The notes: a model not told the origin generated them from the letters alone. A DNA stretch of 64,000 nt from an uncultured delta proteobacterium (GCA_963822965.1 CAWGJT010000006.1:352001-416000); one strand, 5' to 3'. Shown: positions 39,847-49,418, counted from the first letter of the stretch. Translations and numbers: made by a program.

Positions 39847-41136
39847 ATGCCGGTGGACGCGGTGGTGGGCGCGAACTGGGGGGACGAGGGCAAGGGCAAG
39901 CTGACGGACTGGCTGGCGCGAGGGGCGGACTTCGTGGTGCGCTTCCAGGGCGGCCGCAACGCCGGCCACACCATCGTGAACTCGTGGGGTCGCTTCGCGC
40001 TCCACCTGTTGCCGTCCGGGGTCTTCCGGCCGGACGTCGTCAACGTGCTCGGGCCCGGGGTCGCCGTCGATCCCGGCGCCCTGCTGGCCGAGCTCGCGAT
40101 GCTCGAGGAACGGGGCGTGCCCGCGCCGGTGCTCCGCGTTTCCGACCGGGCCCAGGTGGTGCTGCCCATCCACGCGCTACTGGACGAGTGCGAGGAGAAG
40201 CGCCTCGGCGACGCCCGCTTCGGCTCGACGCGGGTGGGGATCGCACCCTTCTACGCCGACAAGGCAATGAAGCTCGGGGTGCAGGTGGCCGAGCTCGCGG
40301 ACGGAACGCGGCTGCGGACGCGACTCGAGGCGAGCCTGGCCCCCAAGAACGTCCTGCTGCGTCACCTCTACGGTGTGAGCGAGCTGCACGCCGGCGACCT
40401 CGTGCCGCCGCTGCTGGATCTCGGCCGTCGCATCGCGCCCTTCGTGTGCGATACGACGAGCCTGCTCCACGACGCGCTCGACCGGGGCGCGCGGGTGCTG
40501 CTCGAGGGCCAGCTCGGCAGCCTGCGCGACGTCGATCACGGGGTGGCGCCGTTCACGACGTCCTCGTCGCCCATCGCGGGCCACGGCTGCGTGGGCGCCG
40601 GCGTGCCGCCCACTGCCTTCGACCGCATCGTCGCCGTCGCCAAGGCGTACTCGACGTGCGTGGGCGCCACCCCGTTCGTGACCGAGCTCGCCGGAGCGGA
40701 AGCGGCGCGGCTCCGCGAGCGCGGGAACGAGTTCGGCGCCACCACCGGAAGGCCGCGCCGGGTGGGCTGGTTCGACGCCGTCGCCACGCGCTACGGCTGC
40801 CGCGTGCAGGGCGCGAACGCCGTGGCGCTGAGCCTGCTCGACGTGCTCGACGACCTGGACGAGATCCCGATCTGCACCGCCTACGAGATCGACGGAGCCC
40901 GCACCGCCCGGTTTCCCACGACCGGCCCGCTCGAGCGCGCCACCCCCTGCTACGAGACGCTTCCCGGCTGGCGGCGCGACGTCTCCGGCGTGCGACGCTT
41001 CGAGGCGCTTCCCCCGGAAGCCCGCGCATACGTGCTGCGGATCGAGCAGGAGATCGAGCTTCCCATCCGCTGGATCTCCGTGGGACCCGAGCGCGACGCC
41101 GTGATCGAGCGCAGCCCGGGCGCTGCGCCGACGTGA
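39847..41136 (+). CDS. purA: Adenylosuccinate synthetase (divergent type)
   Basis: GANWGDEGKGK, QGGRNAGHT, LLPSG, EFGATTGRPRRVGWFD, SVGPER. Confidence 0.95.
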   Translation: MPVDAVVGANWGDEGKGKLTDWLARGADFVVRFQGGRNAGHTIVNSWGRFALHLLPSGVFRPDVVNVLGPGVAVDPGALLAELAMLEERGVPAPVLRVSDRAQVVLPIHALLDECEEKRLGDARFGSTRVGIAPFYADKAMKLGVQVAELADGTRLRTRLEASLAPKNVLLRHLYGVSELHAGDLVPPLLDLGRRIAPFVCDTTSLLHDALDRGARVLLEGQLGSLRDVDHGVAPFTTSSSPIAGHGCVGAGVPPTAFDRIVAVAKAYSTCVGATPFVTELAGAEAARLRERGNEFGATTGRPRRVGWFDAVATRYGCRVQGANAVALSLLDVLDDLDEIPICTAYEIDGARTARFPTTGPLERATPCYETLPGWRRDVSGVRRFEALPPEARAYVLRIEQEIELPIRWISVGPERDAVIERSPGAAPT

Positions 41137-41167
41137 CGGTGCGGGCGGAACGCGGTGTCGCATCGCT

Positions 41168-42577
41168 TCAGGCGCGTGCGTCCGCCATGCGGAGCGGTGC
41201 CCGCCCGACACCGGGCCAGATGCGCAGGCACCCGAAGGCGCTGCGCACCGCGATCCACAGCAGCACGACGGCCCACACGGCGTCGAGTCGCGGCGGCCCG
41301 GGCGCACCGCGCGCCTGGGCCTCGACGGCGCCGAGCCCGGCCAGCCCGAGCCCGCTCGCCACCAGCATTCCGTTGCGCAGGTAGGCGTAGTCCCGGGTAC
41401 CCCAGTGGATGCCGTCGGTCACGAACGACAGCGCCGACAAGGGCTGGGACAGCACGAAGACCGGCCAGGCCGCCGCGAAGACCTCCCGCGAGCCTGGCGG
41501 CACGAGCAGCGCGGCCACGGCTGGCTCGAAGAGCCACAGGAGCAGCGAGAGGGCGAACCCGGTACCGAGCCCCCACGCCACTCCCAGCCTCGCCACGTGC
41601 AGCGCCAGCGCCGGCCGCGCCGCACCGCGGAAGTATGCGATCAGGCTCTGGGTGCTGGCCGCGTAGGCGTCCAGCAGGAACGCGAGCAGCATCCACACCT
41701 GTCGGATGGCCTGGTGGGCGGCGCCGGCGGTGGCTCCCATCTGCAGCGCGACCCGGGTCGCGACCAGCATGAAGCCCAGCAGCGCCGCGGTGCGGATCAC
41801 CATGTCGCGACCGACCACGAAGAGCGCGCCGACGCGCGCCGGCTCGAAGCGCCAGCTCCAGCCGATGCGCTGCACGACCAGCGCGCCCGCGAAGGCCGCC
41901 CCGCCGATCTGGCTCGCCACGGTCGCCCACGCCGCACCGGCGATGCCCAGCGCAGGCACCGGTCCCCAGCCGAGCACCAGCACGGCGTCGAGCGCGACGT
42001 TCACCAGGGACATTCCCCCGGCGATCCACATGGGCGTGCGCATGTCCTGCAGGCCGCGCAGCGCACCGAAGGCGGCAGCCAGCGCCAGGGTGACGGGAAA
42101 GCCCACGAGCCGGATCTCGACGTACCGCGTGGTGGCCGAGCGGATCGACGGGTCGTCGCTCATCCACGCCACCAGTCCATCGAGAACGGCGAGCACCCCG
42201 AGCGCCGAGAGCAGCCCCAGCGCCAGCGACACCCCGATGGCGAGGCTCGCGACCCGCCGCGCCTCGGTCTGACGCTGCTCGCCGAGCAGCTGCCCCAGCT
42301 CGGTCTGGGTGCCGACGCCCAGGAAGTTGAACACCCAGAGCACGCTCGAGAGGATGGCCGTCGCGGCCCCCAGCGCGGCCGCCTCGGGTGCTCCCAGCCG
42401 TTCGACGAAGGCCGTGTCGACGACGCCGGCCAGGGGCTCGGCCACGAGCGAGAGCATCACCGGGAGCGACAGCGCCATCAGCGTCCGGTGCGGATGCGCC
42501 TCGAAGGGATGCGGCACCCCCGCCCGCTCCCCGGCACGCAGCGGCCGCGCGCTGGCCTCGCCGGAATCCGGCTGCAT
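41168..42577 (-). CDS. MATE family efflux transporter (DinF-like)
   Basis: EPLAGVVDTAFV, LRGLQDMRTP, GIAGAAWAT, AAHQ, DGI; TGATG coupling to the upstream gene. Confidence 0.9.
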   Translation of the reverse strand: MQPDSGEASARPLRAGERAGVPHPFEAHPHRTLMALSLPVMLSLVAEPLAGVVDTAFVERLGAPEAAALGAATAILSSVLWVFNFLGVGTQTELGQLLGEQRQTEARRVASLAIGVSLALGLLSALGVLAVLDGLVAWMSDDPSIRSATTRYVEIRLVGFPVTLALAAAFGALRGLQDMRTPMWIAGGMSLVNVALDAVLVLGWGPVPALGIAGAAWATVASQIGGAAFAGALVVQRIGWSWRFEPARVGALFVVGRDMVIRTAALLGFMLVATRVALQMGATAGAAHQAIRQVWMLLAFLLDAYAASTQSLIAYFRGAARPALALHVARLGVAWGLGTGFALSLLLWLFEPAVAALLVPPGSREVFAAAWPVFVLSQPLSALSFVTDGIHWGTRDYAYLRNGMLVASGLGLAGLGAVEAQARGAPGPPRLDAVWAVVLLWIAVRSAFGCLRIWPGVGRAPLRMADARA

Positions 42578-43359
42578 CAACGACCGTGGAAGCGCGGCGC
42601 CCGCTTCTCGAGGAACGCGCGGACTCCCTCCTGGTGGTCCTCGCTCGCCAGGCAGGCGGCGATGGCCGCCTCGCAGGCGGCGAGATCGCGATGCTCGGGG
42701 TCCCGCAGCGCGTTCGCGATGGCGACCTTGGCGGCGCGCAGGCTGAGGGGCGCGTTCCCGGCGATCCGCTCCGCCAGCTCGCGCACCGCGGGCTCCAGGG
42801 AGGAGCGGGGAACCACGCGGTTCACGAGCCCCATGCCCACTGCCTCGTCCGCCGAGAAGCGGCGGCCGCTGAACAGCATCTCCGAGGCATGGGCGGGCCC
42901 CACGAGGTCCACCAGGGCCTTCACCGCGAAGAGCGGATAGCCGACTCCCAGCCGCGCCGCGGGGATTCCGAAGCGCGCGTCGTCCGCCGCGATGCGGATG
43001 TCCGCCCCGAGCGCCACCGCCACGCCGCCGCCGATGCAGTAGCCGCGGATCATCGCGACGAGGGGCTTCTCGAGGGCCACCAGCCCCGCTCCGCCGGCCT
43101 CGCGGGCGCCGGCGCCGGGCTCGGCCTCACCGAACTCCGAGATGTCGGCGCCGGAGACGAAGGCCCGGTCGCCGGCGCCGCGCATCACGACGACGCGCAC
43201 CTCCGGCGCGCGTTGGAAGGCGTCGAAGGCCACCGGCAGCGCCCGCTGCATCTCGTTGGTGAGGGCGTTGCGTCGCTCCGGGTGGTCGAAGGTGAGCCAG
43301 CCGACGGCGCCGTCGATCTCGGCCACGAGCCGTTCGGTCCCGAGCGCGATCCGCTGCAT
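42577..43359 (-). CDS. Enoyl-CoA hydratase/isomerase family protein
   Basis: RRNAL, FVSGADISEF, GYCIGGG, IPAARLG, EGVRAFLEKR. Confidence 0.92.
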   Translation of the reverse strand: MQRIALGTERLVAEIDGAVGWLTFDHPERRNALTNEMQRALPVAFDAFQRAPEVRVVVMRGAGDRAFVSGADISEFGEAEPGAGAREAGGAGLVALEKPLVAMIRGYCIGGGVAVALGADIRIAADDARFGIPAARLGVGYPLFAVKALVDLVGPAHASEMLFSGRRFSADEAVGMGLVNRVVPRSSLEPAVRELAERIAGNAPLSLRAAKVAIANALRDPEHRDLAACEAAIAACLASEDHQEGVRAFLEKRAPRFHGR

Positions 43360-43459
43360 GGCTTCCCCCTGGCGCCGGCCGATGCGGCCCTGGAGCGGCG
43401 CTCCGCAGGGGGCATCGTTCGGGTGCGAGCATAGCGGCGGCGGGCCGGCGACCGGGCGA

Positions 43460-44359
43460 TCACGCCCCGAAGAAGTCGCGCAGCGCCACGAGAAAGCTCC
43501 GCGCCGCCAGGGTGAGGTAGCGCCCCTGCTTGTAGACCACCCCCATCTCGGTGCGCGGGCCACGCTCGAGGTCGGCGAGGGCCACGCTGGCCAGGGTGCC
43601 GGCCGCCACCTCCTCCTGGACCGCCATGGCGGGCACCACCGACAGGCCCGCGTCCACGCGCACGAAGCGCTTGATGACCTCGATCGACGACAGCTCCATC
43701 TTCACGGTCAACGCGGCCCCCGCCTCCCGGCAGACGGCGTCGAGCAGCCGGCGGGACGAGCACTGGTCGTCCAACAGGATGAACGGGTAGCGCTCGAGGT
43801 CCTTCAGGTGGATGCGACGGCGGCGCGCCAGCCGGTGCGCGGGGTGGCAGATCAGGACGTCCTGCCGGCGAAACAGCGGAATCGCCTCGAGCCCCGCCGG
43901 CATCCCGCGCAGGGTGACGATCCCGAGGTCCACCTCGTGGTCGAGCACCGCCTGGGCCGTACGCGGAGACGTCGCGTTGCGGATCACGATCTCGATGCCG
44001 GGATGGGCGGCGCGATAGCGCTGCAGGATGTCGGGCAGGCGATAGCAGCCGGTGGTGTCGGAGGCGCAGATCACCAGGCGCCCCCGCTCCATGCGATCGA
44101 GGTCCGAGAGCTGCTGCCGGGCCTGCTCGAGCAGGGCCTCGGTCTGCTGCACGTAGCCCAGCAGCACGGCTCCCGCTTCGGTCAGCTCCACGCGCTTGGT
44201 GGTGCGGTCCAGCAGGCGACGTCCCACGGTCTCCTCGAGCTTCGCCACCTGCAGGCTCACCGCCGACTGGGACCGGAACAGCGCCTCTCCTGCCTTCGAG
44301 AAGCTCCCGAGCCGCGCCACCGTCGCGAACGTCCGCATCGCCTCGTAGGGCCAGTCCAC
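43460..44359 (-). CDS. LysR family transcriptional regulator (divergent from guaB)
   Basis: SFSKAGEALFRSQSAVSLQVAKLE HTH; start uncertain (GTG 44359 or 44404). Confidence 0.93.
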   Translation of the reverse strand: MDWPYEAMRTFATVARLGSFSKAGEALFRSQSAVSLQVAKLEETVGRRLLDRTTKRVELTEAGAVLLGYVQQTEALLEQARQQLSDLDRMERGRLVICASDTTGCYRLPDILQRYRAAHPGIEIVIRNATSPRTAQAVLDHEVDLGIVTLRGMPAGLEAIPLFRRQDVLICHPAHRLARRRRIHLKDLERYPFILLDDQCSSRRLLDAVCREAGAALTVKMELSSIEVIKRFVRVDAGLSVVPAMAVQEEVAAGTLASVALADLERGPRTEMGVVYKQGRYLTLAARSFLVALRDFFGA

Positions 44360-44406
44360 CCCCTCCCCCTCCCCGGAGACGCCGCGCCGGCGGCCACTCC
44401 TCATTC

Positions 44407-44437
44407 ATCTCGAATTTCGATCAATGTCATGAACATT
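44407..44437. promoter_or_regulatory. Putative LysR binding region
   Basis: ATC-N9-GAT (44407-44421) followed by AATG-N7-CATT (44423-44437) in a strongly AT-rich island. Confidence 0.55.
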
Positions 44438-44556
44438 ATCAATTTGAACAATAATCGGGCGACCCGTACCCTGCGCGCCCATCCCGTCCCGCGCCGCCTC
44501 TCGCCACGAAGGGCGGCGAGGCACGACGCGGGGCCACGAGAACAGGAGGCAGAGGC

Positions 44557-46065
44557 ATGGCCACGGTGCGCACCCGGCTCTCCCGCAGCTTGAAGGAATT
44601 CCGGCTGCTGCCCGCTCTCACCCCGAGCGACGGCGGCATGGACGCGGTCTCTCTCGAGACTTCCGCGTGCCGCGCGACCGGGGAGCCGGAAGGCTGCATC
44701 CGCCTCTCCCTTCCCTTCGTGAGCGCGGCCATGCAGGCGGTGACCGGACCCGAGATGGCCATCGCCGTCGCCCAGCTCGGCGGCATCGGCGTCGTGCCGG
44801 TGAGCCAGCCGGTGGAAGACCAGTGCCGGGCCGTGCAGGCCGTCAAGCGGTTCCAGGCGGGCTTCCAGACGGACCTGCGAACCCTGTCGCCCCAGCAGCC
44901 CCTCGGCGAGGTGGCGCGGCTCATCGAAGAGACGGGCCATACGCGCTTTCCGGTCACCGACACCGGCCTCTTCCACGGACGCCTGCTGGGCGTTCTCACC
45001 GACAACGACTTCGATCCCCGCCGCGATCTCGCGTTCCGCGTGGCGGACCGTATGCGCAAGGACGTGCAGGCGGGGGTGGAGACCTTCGACCTCGACGAAG
45101 CCAACCGGCTGATGATCGAGACCGGGCGCGGGTTCCTCCCGATCGTCTCCGAAGAAGGAACGCTGCTCGCGGTGGTGTTCCAGAAGGACCGTGACAAGCA
45201 CCTGCGCCATCCCGCCGGCACGGTGGACGCTCAGCGCCGGCTGCGGGTGGCGGCGGCCGTCTCCACCCACCCGGAGGATCGGGAGCGGGTGCGTGCCCTG
45301 CTGGAGCACGACCCCGACGTGCTTGTGATCGACGCCTCGCACGGGCACAGCGCCCACCAGGCGGACACGATCCGCTTCCTCAAGTCCCGGTCGCAGGCTC
45401 CCGTCGTCGCGGGCAACGTCGTCACCGGCCCGGGCTTCCTGCACCTGGCGGAAGCCGGCGCGGACGCGGTGAAGGTCGGCATGGGGATCGGATCCGGCTG
45501 CACCACCCAGGAGACCAAGGCCACGGGCCGGGGGCAGGCCACGGCGCTCCGCGAGGTGGCGGCGGCGCGGGACCGGCTGGCACAGGAGACGGGGGTGCGG
45601 CTTCCGCTGGTGGCGGACGGAGGCATCGCCGGCCCTGCCGAGATCGTGGTGGCGCTCGCCCTGGGCGCGGACGCGGTGATGCTCGGCAACCTGTTCGCGC
45701 GCTTCAGCGAGAGCCCGGGCACCCTCGTCCGCGGCGCCCGCGGACAGGACTTCAAGGAGTACTGGATGGAGGGGAGCCGGCGGGCGGCGAATGCGCGCCG
45801 CTATGCCCAGAGCCGCCGTCTCTTCTTCGAGGAGGGCATCGAAGGCTTCGTGCCCCACGAGGGATCGGTCTACGAAGGCCTGCCCCGGATCGCCCTGGCC
45901 GTGCGCTCGGCGCTGGCGACGGCGGGCTGCCGCAGCATCCGGGAGCTCCAGGAACGAGCCGTCCTCGAGCCCCAGTCCGAGGCGAGCCTGCGAGACGCGG
46001 CCGTGTCGGGAATGGAGCGAGCCGCCCTGCCCGGCGCGGCCCGCTACACTCCGCCGGTCGCGTGA
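44557..46065 (+). CDS. guaB: IMP dehydrogenase family protein with CBS pair (divergent type)
   Basis: SAAMQAV, CBS region, IDASHG, AGNVV, KVGMGIGSGCTTQ catalytic Cys loop, ADGGI, flap RRY, EEGIEG. Confidence 0.88.
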   Translation: MATVRTRLSRSLKEFRLLPALTPSDGGMDAVSLETSACRATGEPEGCIRLSLPFVSAAMQAVTGPEMAIAVAQLGGIGVVPVSQPVEDQCRAVQAVKRFQAGFQTDLRTLSPQQPLGEVARLIEETGHTRFPVTDTGLFHGRLLGVLTDNDFDPRRDLAFRVADRMRKDVQAGVETFDLDEANRLMIETGRGFLPIVSEEGTLLAVVFQKDRDKHLRHPAGTVDAQRRLRVAAAVSTHPEDRERVRALLEHDPDVLVIDASHGHSAHQADTIRFLKSRSQAPVVAGNVVTGPGFLHLAEAGADAVKVGMGIGSGCTTQETKATGRGQATALREVAAARDRLAQETGVRLPLVADGGIAGPAEIVVALALGADAVMLGNLFARFSESPGTLVRGARGQDFKEYWMEGSRRAANARRYAQSRRLFFEEGIEGFVPHEGSVYEGLPRIALAVRSALATAGCRSIRELQERAVLEPQSEASLRDAAVSGMERAALPGAARYTPPVA

Positions 46066-46104
46066 ACCCGATCGCCGCCGGCGGTGCCTCTAGAGGCCGG
46101 CAAA

Positions 46105-46146
46105 CCCGGGAAGAGCCCGGGAAGAGCCCGGGAAGAGCCCGGGAAG
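46105..46146. repeat. 11-bp tandem repeat CCCGGGAAGAG, about 3.8 copies
   Basis: Units at 46105, 46116, 46127 and partial 46138, upstream of lepB. Confidence 0.85.
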
Positions 46147-46213
46147 GACGGGCCCCGGGCCGGGCAGGCAGCCGCCGGGAACGAGAGCGAGCGAGAGGAA
46201 GCGAAGCCGGCGA

Positions 46214-46945
46214 ATGCATCCCGATCGTCACGACGAGACTGCAGCCAGGAGCCCTTCCAGGGCCACCGGTCGGCTGGTCGCCTTTGGCGGCTGGATCATG
46301 CCGGCCCTGCTCGCCATGGCGGTGATCCTCCCCCTGCGTTCGGCGGTCGCCGACTGGAACGACGTCCCCAGCGGATCCATGTGGCCCACCATCCTCGAGG
46401 GTGATCGCATCTTCGTCGACAAGCTCGCCTACGGCCTGCGGGTTCCCTTCACCACCGAGTGGATCCGCGAGTGGGACGGACCACAGCGAGGCGACATCAT
46501 CACGTTCGCGTCGCCCAAGGACGGAATCCGGCTCGTGAAGCGGGTGATCGGCATACCCGGTGACCACATCTCCATGTCCGACAACCGTCTCGAGGTGAAC
46601 GGCGAGCCGGTGGGATACCGGGACGTCGACGGCGCGGAGACCCAGACGCGCCTGGACGGTCACGACCTGAGCATGGTGGTCGCCAGCGAGTCGCTGCCGG
46701 GCTGCACGCACGACGTGGCCTTCACGCCGAGACTCATCGCACGCGACACCTTCGGTGAGGTGGTGGTCCCCGAAGGACACTACTTCTTCCTCGGTGACAA
46801 CCGCGACCAGAGCTACGACTCGCGCTTCATGGGCTTCGTCGCGCGCGATCAGATCTACGGCCGCGTGACCCACGTCGCGCTGTCCGTCGATCCCGAGCAC
46901 GGCTACTGGCCGCGCTTCGATCGCTGGTTCACCCCGATCCACTGA
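46214..46945 (+). CDS. lepB: Signal peptidase I
   Basis: VPSGSMWPT (Ser), LVKRVIGIPGD (Lys), GDNRDQSYDSR. Confidence 0.93.
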   Translation: MHPDRHDETAARSPSRATGRLVAFGGWIMPALLAMAVILPLRSAVADWNDVPSGSMWPTILEGDRIFVDKLAYGLRVPFTTEWIREWDGPQRGDIITFASPKDGIRLVKRVIGIPGDHISMSDNRLEVNGEPVGYRDVDGAETQTRLDGHDLSMVVASESLPGCTHDVAFTPRLIARDTFGEVVVPEGHYFFLGDNRDQSYDSRFMGFVARDQIYGRVTHVALSVDPEHGYWPRFDRWFTPIH

Positions 46946-46964
46946 GCCGGCCACGCTCGCAACC

Positions 46965-47864
46965 ATGCACGACGGCGCCTCCGCCCGCTGCCCGATCTGT
47001 GGCGAGCTCGCCCGCCATCTCTACGACAAGGGGGGCCACTCCGTACATCGCTGCCGGGGCTGCGGCCTGGGCTTCGTCGGAGACCTGCCCACCGCCGAGG
47101 CGCTCGAACGCTTCTACGCGGCAGGCTACTACGACGCGGCTTCCCCGACCGAGAGCGGCGGCCTCGGCTACCACACGGCCTACACCGAGCTGGAGAGCGG
47201 GCTCAAGCGCATGTACGGCGACTTCCTGGACGGAGTGGAGCGCCGGCATCCGGGCAAGCGCTTCGCGCGGGTGCTCGACGTGGGCTGCGCGTACGGCTAC
47301 TTCCTGGACGTCGCACGCGAACGCCTCGCTCCCGCCGAGCTCGTGGGTCTCGACGTCACCCCCGAGGCCCGGGGAATCGCGGCGCGCGGCTACACGTTCC
47401 ACGCCGGCTTCATCGAGGACGTTCCCCTGCCGGAGGCGCACTTCGACCTCGTCTTCCTGGGTGACGCCTTCGAGCACGTGCGCGATCCCGTGCGCGTGGC
47501 GGACCGGCTGGCGAGCGTGCTCGCGCCCGGCGGCGTGCTGCTCCTCACCACCGTGGACTTCGACTCGGCCCTGGCCCGGCTGCTGGGCCGCCGCTGGCGC
47601 CTGATGAAGCCGCCGGAGCATCTCTTCTACTGGACCCGGCGCTCGCTCGAGCGCCTCTTCGGCGAACGGGGGCTCGCGAGCCGCTTCGACGACTACTGGC
47701 TCTACCTTCCCAAGGCCTACGTGTACCGCCAGTTCGAGATGCAGTTCGGGCTCCGGCCGCTCTTCCTGGCCTTGTGGCCCGGCGACGAGATCCCGATCTG
47801 GAGCTTCGACGTGCTGCTCGGCACGTTCACGAAGCCCGACCCCCCCGCGAAGCCGGCGACCTGA
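46965..47864 (+). CDS. Class I SAM-dependent methyltransferase with N-terminal CxxC...CxxC
   Basis: CPIC/CRGC, VLDVGCAYG, FEHVRDP, PPEHL. Confidence 0.88.
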   Translation: MHDGASARCPICGELARHLYDKGGHSVHRCRGCGLGFVGDLPTAEALERFYAAGYYDAASPTESGGLGYHTAYTELESGLKRMYGDFLDGVERRHPGKRFARVLDVGCAYGYFLDVARERLAPAELVGLDVTPEARGIAARGYTFHAGFIEDVPLPEAHFDLVFLGDAFEHVRDPVRVADRLASVLAPGGVLLLTTVDFDSALARLLGRRWRLMKPPEHLFYWTRRSLERLFGERGLASRFDDYWLYLPKAYVYRQFEMQFGLRPLFLALWPGDEIPIWSFDVLLGTFTKPDPPAKPAT

Positions 47865-47939
47865 AACGACGCCCCGTCTCCGGCCACAGGGCCAGCGACG
47901 GAGCGCCAGCGGCCCGGGACAGCGCCAGCGAACAGAGCG

Positions 47940-48965
47940 CTAGGGACAGGTGGTGTTCCCATCGCAGACGTTCTCGCCGATCTCGGCGGGACCCGCCACC
48001 TGGGGGCTGCCGCCGTTGCCCGAGAGCACGTTGCCGCCGTAGCCATCCGAGGAGTTGCCGCTGATGGCGATCACGCTGCTGCTCCGGATCGCGTTGCCCG
48101 TGATGACCGTGCCGCCCGAGCCCGCCACGTCGATGGCGCTGTGGTTCTCGGAGAGCTGGTTGGCCTGGATCACCCCGCCCTGGCCGGCGTTCATGAAGAT
48201 CGCGGGACCGCCGCTCTGGGCGATCACGTTGTCGGTCACCACGCCGTCGTCCAGGTCCACGCCCTCGCTCGCGCTACCGAGGATGACGTTGCCGATCACC
48301 GAGCCGCGCTTGCCCGTGATCTCCACACCCTTGCCGCCGCTGCCCTCGACGCGGCTGCCGGAGATCGAGGAGCCCGGGCCCATCTGGACTCCCGCGCCCG
48401 ACGCGTTGCGGACCAGGCTCTCGTAGACGCCGCCGTTCACGCCCGTGCGGATCCCGATGCCTCCGGCCCCATCCACGATGCAGTCCCGCACCGTGGCGCG
48501 GCCGCCCACCGAGATGCCGATGCCGCCGTTTCCGATGACGCGGAGCCTCGAGACGTGCGAGTCGTCACCCACCCGGACGGCGGCGTCGCCCATGCCGACG
48601 ATGGTGCCGTTCGAGACCGCCGTGTTGTCGAGACCGCTGGCGTCCACGCCGACGCCGTTGCCCGGCAGACCGCAGTCCGGGCGGCACGGCGTCTTGTTCG
48701 CGATCACGAAGCCGTTGAGATCGATGCTCACGTCGTGGGCGCCGACCTCGATGGCGGTGGTGTTCAGCGAGTCGACCTCGAGATTGCTCGTGAGCCGGTA
48801 GCTTCCCGACGCCGTCAGCTTCACCGGGAAGCCCGGCGCGTCGCCCGCGCCGTCTCCGGCGAGCGCTCGGGTCTGGTTGATCTCGATCACGCCGTCCACG
48901 GCGAGCGCGGGCGTGGCGAGAACGACGTGCGCCACCACCAGGATGACGACCGGGTTGGTCCGCAT
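47940..48965 (-). CDS. Secreted right-handed parallel beta-helix repeat protein
   Basis: Signal peptide; GDAPGFPV...SGSYRLTSNL, IDLNGF, repeated N/G/I beta-helix turns; GGAGGAG RBS. Confidence 0.8.
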   Translation of the reverse strand: MRTNPVVILVVAHVVLATPALAVDGVIEINQTRALAGDGAGDAPGFPVKLTASGSYRLTSNLEVDSLNTTAIEVGAHDVSIDLNGFVIANKTPCRPDCGLPGNGVGVDASGLDNTAVSNGTIVGMGDAAVRVGDDSHVSRLRVIGNGGIGISVGGRATVRDCIVDGAGGIGIRTGVNGGVYESLVRNASGAGVQMGPGSSISGSRVEGSGGKGVEITGKRGSVIGNVILGSASEGVDLDDGVVTDNVIAQSGGPAIFMNAGQGGVIQANQLSENHSAIDVAGSGGTVITGNAIRSSSVIAISGNSSDGYGGNVLSGNGGSPQVAGPAEIGENVCDGNTTCP

Positions 48966-49042
48966 GGAGCTCCTCCGCTGTGCTTCTGCCCTTCCAGCCA
49001 TCCTAACACGGGGATGCGGCGCCGTGGAGCACGCCGGTCGGC

Positions 49043-49393
49043 TCAGTCCAGGGTCACCACCAACGAGCGCCGCGGACGCCCGCCCACCGCCCGGCTGCGG
49101 TGCCCGCGCCCGGTGGTGTCCTCGGCGAGCAGAATCTCTCCCGCCTCGAGCACACGCCTCGTGCCGTCGCCGAGCTCGATCTCCACGGCGGCGTCGAGAT
49201 TCACCACGTACTGGCGTCGCGGCGCGCAGTGGAAGTCGAAGTCGTAGCTTCCCTCCGTCTCGCGGAACGCCAGTCCCGTCGCCGTCTCGAGCCGCGAGAT
49301 CCAGCCGATGGCGCCACGGTCGACGAGCGGCACCTCCACGTCCTCGAAGTGCGATTCCCCGTCGTCGCCGGTGTAGATGCGCGTGATCTTCAT
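49043..49393 (-). CDS. Small cupin-like protein
   Basis: RIYTGDDGESHF, HCAPRRQ, AEDTTGRGH. Confidence 0.75.
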   Translation of the reverse strand: MKITRIYTGDDGESHFEDVEVPLVDRGAIGWISRLETATGLAFRETEGSYDFDFHCAPRRQYVVNLDAAVEIELGDGTRRVLEAGEILLAEDTTGRGHRSRAVGGRPRRSLVVTLD

Positions 49394-49418
49394 CGCCTGG
49401 CCTCCTCGAAGGGTCCCC

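Noticed and set aside
39847..41136. PurZ (2-aminoadenine, Z-genome) synthase
   Set aside because: Retains the PurA catalytic Asp in GDEGKG, where PurZ has Ser; no phage genes or dATPase nearby
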